From an uncultured Gammaproteobacteria bacterium (GTDB lineage: Bacteria; Patescibacteriota; Patescibacteriia; Patescibacteriales; UBA12075), in assembly GCA_964505405.1 (NCBI GenBank), contig CAZDHZ010000002.1, forward strand, positions 1 through 43,968: a DNA stretch of 43,968 bases, read 5' to 3'. The translations under genes were made by a program, and so were the position numbers. This document shows positions 16,807 through 25,409 of this stretch, one piece after another (positions within the stretch are counted from its first letter, which is position 1; each line of letters begins with the position of its first letter). Under the pieces are notes generated by a model. It had not been told where the DNA came from. It was given only the letters and a program-made list of their open reading frames with translations, and did not search any database.

Positions 16807-18306
16807 ATGCAAATTCCCGAATTTATATTTCAAATTATAGAAAAAATTAATAATAATGATTTTGAGGTTTTTTTAGTGGGTGGATGCGTGCGGGATTTAT
16901 TAATGAATAAAAATCCGAAGGATTGGGATTTAACAACAAATGCAAAACCCGCAGAAATGTTGAAAATTTTTAAAGATGCTAAATATGAAAATGATTTTGG
17001 TACAGTTTTACTGCCCTTGAAAAATAAAGAAGGAGAAACCGAAAATTTGATTGAAATCACTACTTACCGAAGTGAAAAAGGATATTCTGATCGCAGGCAT
17101 CCGGATGAAATTTTTTTTGAAAAAGATTTGGATAAGGATCTGGAAAGGCGAGATTTTACCGTTAACGCGATGGCTTTAGGTCCACTTAAAGATACTAAAG
17201 ACTTTAAGATAAAGAATGCTCAAGAATTAAATTTAAATGTTCCTAAAAATTGGTTTTTAATTGATTTATTTGGTGGGGAAAAAGATATAAAAAAGAAAAT
17301 AATCAGAGCGGTAGGCGAACCAAGCGATAGATTTAAGGAAGATGCTCTGAGAATGATTAGAGCGATTCGTTTTTCTTCTCAATTAAATTTTGAAATTGAA
17401 GCGAAAACTGAAAGAAATATTCTTAAATTTTCCGGAAGCATTAAATTTATTGCTAAAGAAAGAATCAAAGATGAATTAATTAAAATTTTAAAAACTGATT
17501 TAGCCTATGAAGGTTTTATTCTCATGTATAAGACCAAGCTTTTACGCTATATTATTCCCGAACTTTATTTAGGCGAGAATATGAAGCAAAATCATCATCA
17601 TATTTATACGGTTTTAAGGCATAGTTTTCTTTCTTTAAAAAATTGTCCGAGTAAAATTTGGCAAGTTCGTTTTGCCTCTCTTTTGCATGATATCGGTAAA
17701 CCAAAATCAAGGGGAGAGAAAAATGGCATAACAACTTTTTATAATCATGAATATATTGGTGAGCGTTTAACGCGTAAGATTATGCAAAGACTTAAATTTT
17801 CTAGTGCTGATACGGAAAGAGTAGCGAATTTAGTCAGAAACCATATGTTTTATTATGATGCGGATGAAGTAACGGCTAGCTCAGTCCGACGTTTAATCCG
17901 GAAAGTCGGCCGAGAAAATTTAAAGGATTTAATGGATGTGCGTATTGCCGATCGCCTGGGTTCGGGAACGCCTAAAGCTAAACCATACAAATTAAGACAT
18001 TTAGAATATATGATGGAAAAGGTTCAAAATGATCCTGTTTCCGTAAAAATGCTTAAAATTAACGGAGATGAGCTAATTAAGATACTCAATATTAAGCCCG
18101 GACCTAAAATTGGAGCCATTTTAGATGTACTTTTGTCCGAAGTTATAGAAGATCCTCGGAATAATAATAAAGAATATTTAGAAAAACGTAGTTATGAATT
18201 AGATAAAATGAATCTTGAAGATTTAAGAAAAAAAGCTAAAGAAGCTATAGAAGAAAAACGCGAAGAAGATGATCAAAAAATAAAAAAAGAACATTGGGTG
18301 AAGTAA
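16807..18306 (+). CDS. cca: CCA-adding tRNA nucleotidyltransferase with HD domain
   Basis: GGCVRDLL head-domain motif, RDFTVNA, and an HD-domain LLHDIGK motif further downstream. Confidence 0.85.
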   Translation: MQIPEFIFQIIEKINNNDFEVFLVGGCVRDLLMNKNPKDWDLTTNAKPAEMLKIFKDAKYENDFGTVLLPLKNKEGETENLIEITTYRSEKGYSDRRHPDEIFFEKDLDKDLERRDFTVNAMALGPLKDTKDFKIKNAQELNLNVPKNWFLIDLFGGEKDIKKKIIRAVGEPSDRFKEDALRMIRAIRFSSQLNFEIEAKTERNILKFSGSIKFIAKERIKDELIKILKTDLAYEGFILMYKTKLLRYIIPELYLGENMKQNHHHIYTVLRHSFLSLKNCPSKIWQVRFASLLHDIGKPKSRGEKNGITTFYNHEYIGERLTRKIMQRLKFSSADTERVANLVRNHMFYYDADEVTASSVRRLIRKVGRENLKDLMDVRIADRLGSGTPKAKPYKLRHLEYMMEKVQNDPVSVKMLKINGDELIKILNIKPGPKIGAILDVLLSEVIEDPRNNNKEYLEKRSYELDKMNLEDLRKKAKEAIEEKREEDDQKIKKEHWVK

Positions 18307-18360
18307 TACCGTTTTGAATTTTTTTAAAAACATGATATATTTATAAAATAATTAATATTA

Positions 18361-18445
18361 ATTTTGAATTTAAAATTTTTAATTTTGAATGAATTTTGAA
18401 TTATTTAATTTTTAATATTAAAAATTAAATAATTCAATTAAAATC
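18361..18445. repeat. AT-rich palindromic spacer element (AATTTTGAAT family)
   Basis: AATTTTGAATGAATTTTGAATTATTTAATTTTTAATATTAAAAATTAAATAATTC. About 85 percent identical over ~45 nt to 43800-43850. Confidence 0.45.
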
Positions 18446-18451
18446 AGAAAA

Positions 18452-19189
18452 ATGCTTATGAAAAAATCAATTTTTATTTTTTTGGGTCTTACTTTAATTT
18501 TGAGCGGATGCGCTACTCAAAATTCTGTATTAGATGAAAATTCTGCTCCAAAAAATATGGAAAATTATAATGAGACTAAGGCGCTTGATGATGTTAGTAA
18601 AACAAGAGAGCAAGAAAATAAGCAAAACTCTCAAAACAAAAATAATAATTTAGAAAATAATACAAAGCGCCCTGAGGGTGAAATAACAAACAATATGAAC
18701 ACAGTAATTTTAAAAACGAATAAAGGGGATATTAAAATTAAATTAAATCCGGAAAAAGCTCCGATTTCGGTTGAGAATTTTAAGAATTATGTTTCTAAGG
18801 GATTTTATGATGGAACAATTTTTCATCGAGTAATTCCTGATTTTATGATTCAGGGCGGAGGATTTGATAAAGACGGGAATCAAAAGGAAACTGAGGCTGA
18901 AATTAAAAATGAAGCCACCAACGGTCTTTTGAATAATCGGGGGACAATAGCTATGGCTAGAACCCAAGTAGTAGATTCAGCCAGTTCACAATTTTTTATT
19001 AATTTAAAAGATAATGATTTTTTGAATTATAAAGATCAGGCTAATTATGGTTATGCTGTTTTTGGGGAAGTTGTGGAGGGTATGGACGTTGTAGATTTAA
19101 TCGCCGGAGTGGAAACCGGAAGAAACGGCGGGCATCAAGACTGGCCGATTGAGAATATTATTGTGGAAAGTGCTAGTTTAGTGGAATAG
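18452..19189 (+). CDS. Cyclophilin-type peptidyl-prolyl cis-trans isomerase, lipoprotein
   Basis: Lipobox LILSGC, a low-complexity linker, then [14 protein letters not shown] and SQFFIN motifs of cyclophilins. Confidence 0.9.
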   Translation: MLMKKSIFIFLGLTLILSGCATQNSVLDENSAPKNMENYNETKALDDVSKTREQENKQNSQNKNNNLENNTKRPEGEITNNMNTVILKTNKGDIKIKLNPEKAPISVENFKNYVSKGFYDGTIFHRVIPDFMIQGGGFDKDGNQKETEAEIKNEATNGLLNNRGTIAMARTQVVDSASSQFFINLKDNDFLNYKDQANYGYAVFGEVVEGMDVVDLIAGVETGRNGGHQDWPIENIIVESASLVE

Positions 19190-19239
19190 TGAATTTTAGA
19201 TTTGGTGCTCTAGGGGTAATCTTTTCATTAGGGGATTTT

Positions 19240-19350
19240 CTTTCAAAATTCACCTTGTACCCCAGGGCACTTTCTCTTTCTTCGGAATTCACCTTGTCTA
19301 GCTATTGCCATATCCAGGGCAGCTTCTCTTGCTTCGCAATTCATCTCTTT
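19240..19350. repeat. GC-rich mosaic repeat, family 2, copy 2 (inverted relative to 14296-14432)
   Basis: AATTCACCTTGTACCCCAGGGCACTTTCTCTTTCTTCGGAATTCACCTTGTCTAGC...CTTCTCTTGCTTCGCAATTCA is the reverse-complement counterpart of 14310-14425. Confidence 0.7.
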
Positions 19351-19508
19351 CACTTTTGTCATCCTGGGGGCGCGAAGCGCAACCCGGGATCCAGGAGAAA
19401 AAGATATAAATATTTTTAAATCTTAAAAGGTTTAAATAGCGTATAGCTTTTCCTCCTGGATCCCGGATACCCGCCAAAAGGGCGGGTTCCAGGATGACAA
19501 AGGTGGGT
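19351..19508. mobile_element. MITE-like nested-palindromic GC-rich repeat element, copy 2
   Basis: Terminal arms CACTTTTGTCATCC / GGATGACAAAGGTG. Inner arms GGGATCCAGGAG / CTCCTGGATCCC, each adjacent to a small GC hairpin. The AT-rich core matches copy 1 in opposite orientation. Confidence 0.65.
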
Positions 19509-19638
19509 AATCTACTATTGTGAGTTTTGATGTAATTTTGTCATTAAATTAGTTAAATCTATAGGGATGACAAAAAAAATGAGATAGCCGATATAATAAT
19601 TAGCGCTAAAACATTAAATTATAAAACAGAATCTTATT

Positions 19639-19977
19639 ATGAACATAATCATCAAATGGCTATTATCCGCCTTAGCAGTAATTATTACGGCTTATATTGT
19701 TCCTGGTATTTTAGTCGCCAGTTTTTGGTCGGCTTTATTTGTTGCTTTATTTTTAGGAATTATTAATGCAGTCATTAAGCCAATTTTAATTATTTTTACT
19801 TTGCCGATTAATATTTTAACTTTAGGTCTTTTTACCTTTGTAATTAATGCCTTAATGGTTTTACTTACTTCTTCTATCGTGAAAGGTTTTAATGTAGACG
19901 GGTTTTTAAGTGCTTTATTTTTTAGTATTATTTTGTCTTTGGTGACTTATGTTTTAAATAATTTAAAATCAAAGTAA
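19639..19977 (+). CDS. DUF360 / phage-holin-family-4-like membrane protein
   Basis: 112 aa, 3-4 TM segments, with the pattern YIVPGI...FWSALFVALFLGIINAVIKPIL...LPINILTLGLFTFVINALM...GF.VDGF typical of this family. Confidence 0.7.
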   Translation: MNIIIKWLLSALAVIITAYIVPGILVASFWSALFVALFLGIINAVIKPILIIFTLPINILTLGLFTFVINALMVLLTSSIVKGFNVDGFLSALFFSIILSLVTYVLNNLKSK

Positions 19978-20043
19978 TATTATTTTAATATACCAAAAGC
20001 TTAGGCATTTTTGAAAAAGCTTAAGTTTTTAATTTACATTTTT

Positions 20044-20072
20044 TTGACAATTACCCAATATTATGATATAAT
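20044..20072 (+). promoter_or_regulatory. Consensus sigma70-type promoter
   Basis: TTGACA (20044-20049), exactly 17 nt spacer, TATAAT (20067-20072). Confidence 0.6.
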
Positions 20073-20078
20073 GTGTTT

Positions 20079-21476
20079 ATGTTCAAAAAGCGTAAAAATG
20101 TTAATAATCACAAAAAAGACTGGATTACAATATTTCTGGGATTTTTGTCGTTTTTGGAAATTTTAAAATTTTCTAAGAAAAAAAAGAATAAAAAAATTAA
20201 GGAAAATTTTATTAAATTTTTGAAAAAAGAAGAAGTTGAAATAGAAGAACTTGTGGATGGGAAAGAAAATGCTAAGGAATTTCTAGAAGATTCCGGGAGT
20301 ATTTTTAAGGATTTTTTTATTCCCACTAAAGAAAATGGATATAAGCCGAAAATTTTACACACTAAAACTTTAATAGCAACTGGATTAATATTAGCTGGAT
20401 TGAAATTTATTTTAGCAAGTTATTTATTTTTCATTTATCCATACCAAGGCAGAATGGATGAATTTTTTAATGATCAGCTTTTAAGCTTAATTAATAGAGA
20501 TAGAATTAGCCAGGATATTTCCACAGTACAATTTAATGAAGAATTAAATTTTTCCGCAATGAATAAAGCAAAAGATTTAATTCAAAATAATTATTTTGCC
20601 CATGTAAGTCCCGACGGGAAAAAACCATGGGACTGGATTAATCGAGATAATTATAAATATTTATTAGTAGGAGAAAATTTGGCTATGAATTTTACTACGC
20701 CTGAATCTGTGCATAAAGCTTTAATGCTCTCTCCAAGCCATAAAAAAAATATATTAAATAAAGAATATAAAGATATTGGTTTAGCCGTTTTGAATGGGAT
20801 TATTGATGGGAAAGATACTAGCGTTTTAGTTGAATTATTTTCCATAAGAAAAGAAGAAGATTTTAAATTAGCTTCTGTGGTTCCTACTCAGGAGGAGAAA
20901 ACAGTCGAAATTAAAAATGAAATACCTTTAAGTCCACCTACACCAGATGAAAATAAAATAAATGTAATTTCAGAAATTAATAATGTGAAAAATAATAATA
21001 AAAATCAGGAAAAAAATATTCCCGATATTAAATCAATACCGCCTTTGCCTAAGGTTCCAGATCTTCAAAATATTATAAAAGAAGAATTATCCTTGTCTAA
21101 GGCACAGGTTTTAGCCAGTGAATTAGTTGAACCGGAAATTAAGAAAGAAACAAAAGAAATTGCTCAAGTTGCTCAAACGAGTGGTGCTTTAGAGGAAGTG
21201 GAAAGCAATAAATTATATAAAGCTAAAATTTTTACAAATAATCAAGACGAAGCTAAGGCTTATACTGAAGTAAAATTACAATATTTTAATTATTTTCTTT
21301 TTGCAATTCTTCTTATAATTTCAGCTTTTTTAATTATTAATATAATTATCAGACTAGAAGTTCAACATAAGCATGTTATTGTGCAGACTATATTTTTAAT
21401 GATTTTTATAGCCGGACTTATTTCTCTTAAATTTAATTTTTTAGTATCTATTCTCCCTAAGATTTTAATAGTTTAG
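20079..21476 (+). CDS. CAP/SCP (YkwD-like) domain protein with N- and C-terminal membrane segments
   Basis: NYFAHVSPDGKKPWDWI, GENLA and SPSHKKNIL...YKDIGLAV motifs of the CAP domain. ATG 20079 preferred because GTG 20073 abuts the -10 box. Confidence 0.75.
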   Translation: MFKKRKNVNNHKKDWITIFLGFLSFLEILKFSKKKKNKKIKENFIKFLKKEEVEIEELVDGKENAKEFLEDSGSIFKDFFIPTKENGYKPKILHTKTLIATGLILAGLKFILASYLFFIYPYQGRMDEFFNDQLLSLINRDRISQDISTVQFNEELNFSAMNKAKDLIQNNYFAHVSPDGKKPWDWINRDNYKYLLVGENLAMNFTTPESVHKALMLSPSHKKNILNKEYKDIGLAVLNGIIDGKDTSVLVELFSIRKEEDFKLASVVPTQEEKTVEIKNEIPLSPPTPDENKINVISEINNVKNNNKNQEKNIPDIKSIPPLPKVPDLQNIIKEELSLSKAQVLASELVEPEIKKETKEIAQVAQTSGALEEVESNKLYKAKIFTNNQDEAKAYTEVKLQYFNYFLFAILLIISAFLIINIIIRLEVQHKHVIVQTIFLMIFIAGLISLKFNFLVSILPKILIV

Positions 21477-21478
21477 CT

Positions 21479-21521
21479 CTACGAAGTACAAATAATACTT
21501 CGTAGAAATAATACTTCGTAG
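21479..21521 (+). terminator. Hairpin terminator with tandemly duplicated 3' arm
   Basis: CTACGAAGTA (21479-21488) pairs with TACTTCGTAG (21496-21505). The 16-mer AAATAATACTTCGTAG is present twice in tandem (21490-21505, 21506-21521). Confidence 0.6.
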
Positions 21522-21533
21522 AAATAAAATTAA

Positions 21534-22595
21534 ATGAGCAACAACAATAAAAAAGTGCTAGTAGCAATTTCGGGCGGTCTTGATTCTTCAGCCGCTGCTT
21601 TTATTTTAAAAAAACAGGGCTATGATTTAATTGGAGTTTATTTTAGGATTGGTGTTGTTCAAGATAAAATCGGTGAGGAAGCAGCTAGAAAAGTTTGTCG
21701 TTTTTTAAATATTCCCTTTTTTCCGATTAACTTGTCTTACCAATTTAAAAAAGAGATAATTGATTATTTTATTGATGAATATTCTCGGGGTTTAACACCA
21801 AATCCTTGTGTTCGTTGCAATAAGCTTATTAAGTTTGGGAAATTATTTAAAATAGCAAAAAACTTAAGTGCTGATTTTATGGCTACTGGACATTACATAA
21901 AAAAAGAAAGTACTAAAAATAAAATTGCTCTTCTGAAAGCCAAAGATATTTTAAAAGATCAGAGTTATTTCCTTTATAATTTAAATCAAGAAATTTTAAA
22001 AAATACCTTATTCCCTTGTGGCGAATATACAAAAAAAGAAATTAGAAAAATTGCAGAACAAAATAAAATTCCATTTTTAAAATCAGAAAGTCAAGATATT
22101 TGTTTTCTTAATGAGGATGGTAAAATAATTGATCATAATGATTTTTTAAAAAAGAATATTAAATTAAAATCGGGACCGATTAAAACTTTAGACAATAAAG
22201 AAATTGGCCAGCATCAAGGCTTGCCATTGTATACAATCGGACAAAGAAAGGGGATCGAGATTGGTGGCACAGGACCATTTTATGCCTTAAAAAAAGATTA
22301 TAAAAATAATACACTTTATGTTGTTAATAATCTTAATGACTCAGCTCTATTTGCTCAAGATTTTATAATTAATAATGTAAACTGGATTAGTGGTCTTAAA
22401 CCTGAGTTTCCTTTTGATTGTGAAGTAGTTATTAGATATCGACATAAGGCTGTTAAGTGTAGTGTTAATTTTTCTAAAGTTGGAAAGAAATATATTGTAA
22501 ATTTACATGAGCCTCAAAGAGCAATTTCTCCTGGGCAGAGTGCAGTTTTTTATAGGGGAGATGAGTTGATTGGGGGAGGGATTATAGTTTTGTAA
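21534..22595 (+). CDS. mnmA: tRNA-specific 2-thiouridylase MnmA
   Basis: VAISGGLDSS PP-loop, NPCVRCN and DQSYFL motifs, 353 aa. Confidence 0.9.
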   Translation: MSNNNKKVLVAISGGLDSSAAAFILKKQGYDLIGVYFRIGVVQDKIGEEAARKVCRFLNIPFFPINLSYQFKKEIIDYFIDEYSRGLTPNPCVRCNKLIKFGKLFKIAKNLSADFMATGHYIKKESTKNKIALLKAKDILKDQSYFLYNLNQEILKNTLFPCGEYTKKEIRKIAEQNKIPFLKSESQDICFLNEDGKIIDHNDFLKKNIKLKSGPIKTLDNKEIGQHQGLPLYTIGQRKGIEIGGTGPFYALKKDYKNNTLYVVNNLNDSALFAQDFIINNVNWISGLKPEFPFDCEVVIRYRHKAVKCSVNFSKVGKKYIVNLHEPQRAISPGQSAVFYRGDELIGGGIIVL

Positions 22596-22627
22596 TTTTT
22601 ACACTCAAGAGTATTCCCTTTGGTCAA

Positions 22628-22735
22628 TTTTATAATTTTTAATTTTTGAAATAAATATTAATTTTTAATGTTTAAAAATTTAAGCTTAAAATTTATTTCA
22701 AAAATTAAAAATTATAAAATTTAAAAATTATAAAA
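22628..22735. repeat. AT-rich 29-bp-arm perfect palindrome with tandemly duplicated 3' arm segment
   Basis: TTTTATAATTTTTAATTTTTGAAATAAAT (22628-22656) is the exact reverse complement of 22691-22719. TTAAAAATTATAAAAT then occurs twice in tandem. Confidence 0.6.
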
Positions 22736-22772
22736 TATTGTTATTGTAAAAATTAAACATATTTTACTATGT

Positions 22773-22811
22773 TTTGTCAACATTGACAAATAAAACTAAA
22801 AATTATATTAT
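22773..22811 (+). promoter_or_regulatory. Candidate rpsB-tsf promoter with overlapping operator-like palindrome
   Basis: TTGACA (22783-22788), 17 nt spacer, TATTAT (22806-22811). TTTGTCAAcaTTGACAAA (22773-22790) is an 8-bp inverted repeat overlapping the -35 box. Confidence 0.5.
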
Positions 22812-22928
22812 AGGCACAGTGGTTTAAGGCCACTTTTATTTATTTATTATTAAAATCTCTCATACTTTTCGTTATTTCCTTGTGCCTCTAGCGGGGTATG
22901 CAGAAAAGTAGAGGATTAAAGGAAATTT

Positions 22929-23642
22929 ATGTCAAAAATTCCAACAATTGAGCAAATGCTCAAAGCGGGTATGCACTTCGGGCACCGCACTAGTAAATGG
23001 CACCCTAAATCAGCGCCTTTTATTTTTACCCAAAGGCATGGAGTGCATATTATTGATCTTGTTAAATCAAGAGAGCTCTTAGCTGAGGCTCTAGATTTTA
23101 TGCAAAAATTAGTGCAGGAAGGCAAGGTTATTTTATTTGTGGGTACTAAAATGCAGGCTAAAAAAGCCATCAAAAATCTAGCAGAAGAAACAGAAATGCC
23201 TTATGTTGTTGAAAAATGGATGGGTGGTTGCCTTACTAATTTTTTGGTTATTAAAAAGATGATTAAAAAATATAATGATTATATTCGGGATAAAAATACT
23301 GGAAAGCTTGATAGATATACTAAGAAGGAAAGAACAGATCTTGAAAAAGAAATGACTAAACTTGAACTTAAAGTGGGTGGACTTACTAATTTAAATAAAA
23401 CCCCAGATGCTTTATTTATTTGGGACATTATTAATGAAAAAACCGCAGTGTTGGAGGCCAAGAAGAAAAATATTCCAATTATTGCTATATGTGATACGAA
23501 TACTAATCCGACTGGAATTAATTATCCAATTCCCTCTAATGATGATGCCACTAAAACAATTAAACTTCTTACTAATACAATAAAAGAAAATATTTTAGAA
23601 GCCAAAGCCAATAAAGGTAAGGCAGAAACAACTAGCAAATAA
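22929..23642 (+). CDS. rpsB: 30S ribosomal protein S2
   Basis: MLKAGMHFGHRTSKWHPK N-terminus and the overall uS2 pattern. Confidence 0.95.
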   Translation: MSKIPTIEQMLKAGMHFGHRTSKWHPKSAPFIFTQRHGVHIIDLVKSRELLAEALDFMQKLVQEGKVILFVGTKMQAKKAIKNLAEETEMPYVVEKWMGGCLTNFLVIKKMIKKYNDYIRDKNTGKLDRYTKKERTDLEKEMTKLELKVGGLTNLNKTPDALFIWDIINEKTAVLEAKKKNIPIIAICDTNTNPTGINYPIPSNDDATKTIKLLTNTIKENILEAKANKGKAETTSK

Positions 23643-23712
23643 AATGCTATTAGGAATAAATTTCAGGTTCCTAATTAACCAAGAAACTAATTAACTAATA
23701 TATTAATAACAT

Positions 23713-24516
23713 ATGTCATTATTAGAAGATATTAAAAAATTAAGAGAAAAAACCGGAGCTGGTATGGCTGATTGTAAAAAAGCAGTAGAAGAAGCTAAAG
23801 GAGATCTTGATAAATCTTTGGAAATTTTAAGAAAAAAAGGTATTGCTAAAGCGGCTAAGCGGGGAGACAGAGAAACTTCTGAGGGAATTATTGTTTTTGA
23901 TGTTAATGACGATAAAACTCGGGGAATTATTTTAGAAATGAATGCTGAAACTGATTTTGTGGCTCGTAATGAAAAGTTTATAAATTTATCCAATAATATT
24001 TTAGAACTTATTAAAAATAATGAACCTGCTTCTATGGAAGATCTATTAAAGTTGGACATGGATGGGTTAAGCGTTCAAGAAAATCTTGATAGCTTGAGCG
24101 GAACTATTGGAGAAAAAATGATTATTAAAAATTTTGCCGTTGTTAAAGGCGAAAGCGTAGCTGTTTATTCTCATATGAATGGTCAAAAAGGAACTTTAGT
24201 TGCACTTGATAAAAAAGGAGAGGAAGATTTAGCCCATGATATTGCCATGCAAATTGCAGCAAGCGACCCAAAATATTTAAGTCCAGAAGATGTACCAGTA
24301 GAAGAAATTAATAAAGAAAAAGAAATTTATAAAGAACAGCTTTTGAAGGAAGGAAAGCCTGAAAATATCATAGAGAAAATTATGAAAGGAAAAATTAATA
24401 AATATTTTGAAGATGTTTGTCTTTTAAAACAGGAATATATCAAGGATGATAAGAAAAAAGTGGAAGATATTTTAGGTGACGCGAAAATAATTAAATTTCT
24501 TAGATATAGCCTGTAA
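23713..24516 (+). CDS. tsf: Translation elongation factor Ts
   Basis: LREKTGAGMADCKKAL-like UBA N-terminus and ETDFVARNE motif. Located directly downstream of rpsB, as in most bacteria. Confidence 0.95.
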   Translation: MSLLEDIKKLREKTGAGMADCKKAVEEAKGDLDKSLEILRKKGIAKAAKRGDRETSEGIIVFDVNDDKTRGIILEMNAETDFVARNEKFINLSNNILELIKNNEPASMEDLLKLDMDGLSVQENLDSLSGTIGEKMIIKNFAVVKGESVAVYSHMNGQKGTLVALDKKGEEDLAHDIAMQIAASDPKYLSPEDVPVEEINKEKEIYKEQLLKEGKPENIIEKIMKGKINKYFEDVCLLKQEYIKDDKKKVEDILGDAKIIKFLRYSL

Positions 24517-24518
24517 AA

Positions 24519-25337
24519 ATGAAAATAATTCAAGTACAATTTACTTCTTGGGATAAGATTTATGATTTTAGCTCAGGAAATATTGATCTTAACAAAGGCG
24601 ATAAAGTGGTTGTTAAATCCGATTCCGGAATGGAAATCGCTACAGTTATTTCTTTTCGCGAGAGTAAAGAAGATGAGCAAGAAAATTATGAGCAGATATT
24701 GCGTAAAGCTAATATTCATGATTTAGAGAAAATGCTGGTGAAAAATGAAAAAAAAGAAGCTTTGATTTATGCTCGTCAGATGAAAGATAGGCATAATCTT
24801 TCTATGAAATTTATTGATGTTCATTTTTCCTTTGATGGTTCAAAAATAACCTTTGCTTTTATTGCCGATGGGCGAGTTGATTTTCGGGAATTAGTAAAAG
24901 ATCTAACTAGGCATTTTGGAAAAAGTATTAGATTGCAGCAAATCGGTATTAGAGATGAGGCTAAAATTATGGGTGATTGTGGACATTGTGGAAGACCACT
25001 TTGTTGTCAGGGTCATTTAACTAACTTAGTTTCTATTAGCTCTGATATGGCTGAATTGCAAGAATGTTCTCATAGAGGGTCAGACCGAATTTCTGGGATT
25101 TGTGGAAGATTAATGTGTTGTTTAGCCTACGAACAATACGAGTATGAACAATTATCCTCTGAGATGCCTAAGATGGGAACAAAAGTTAATGTAGATGGAA
25201 AAAAGGGAATAGTTGTTGGCCGTCATCTTATTAAAAGATCTGTTGATGTTGAGTTTCCTGATGAAAATAAAAAAGGAGAAACAGTAGTTATAGAGGTTGA
25301 TCTTGATCGGAATAAAAACAAGAAAGAAGAAAAATAA
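24519..25337 (+). CDS. PSP1 C-terminal domain protein (RicT/YaaT-like)
   Basis: The GDKVVVKSDSGMEIATV N-terminal barrel, the PSP1 core and the Cys-rich GDCGHCGRPLCC...GICGRLMCCL segment match the RicT family. Confidence 0.75.
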   Translation: MKIIQVQFTSWDKIYDFSSGNIDLNKGDKVVVKSDSGMEIATVISFRESKEDEQENYEQILRKANIHDLEKMLVKNEKKEALIYARQMKDRHNLSMKFIDVHFSFDGSKITFAFIADGRVDFRELVKDLTRHFGKSIRLQQIGIRDEAKIMGDCGHCGRPLCCQGHLTNLVSISSDMAELQECSHRGSDRISGICGRLMCCLAYEQYEYEQLSSEMPKMGTKVNVDGKKGIVVGRHLIKRSVDVEFPDENKKGETVVIEVDLDRNKNKKEEK

Positions 25338-25409
25338 AAAAAATTTAGGGGTGAAACCTCTAACGCGTTAGAGGTTTCACCCCTAAATTTTTTTTATTTT
25401 TCTTCTTTT
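25322..25409. terminator. Near-perfect 88-bp palindrome, bidirectional terminator between convergent genes
   Basis: Symmetric about 25365/25366. The core is AGGGGTGAAACCTCTAACG | CGTTAGAGGTTTCACCCCT, flanked by A-run and T-run. The arms extend ~44 nt with one mismatch at the outermost position and cover both stop codons. Confidence 0.8.

Noticed and set aside
23643-23712. Hairpin TTAGGAA...TTCCTAA between rpsB and tsf as an attenuator
   Set aside because: It is only a 7-bp AT-rich stem without a clear U-tract, which is too weak to call from sequence alone.
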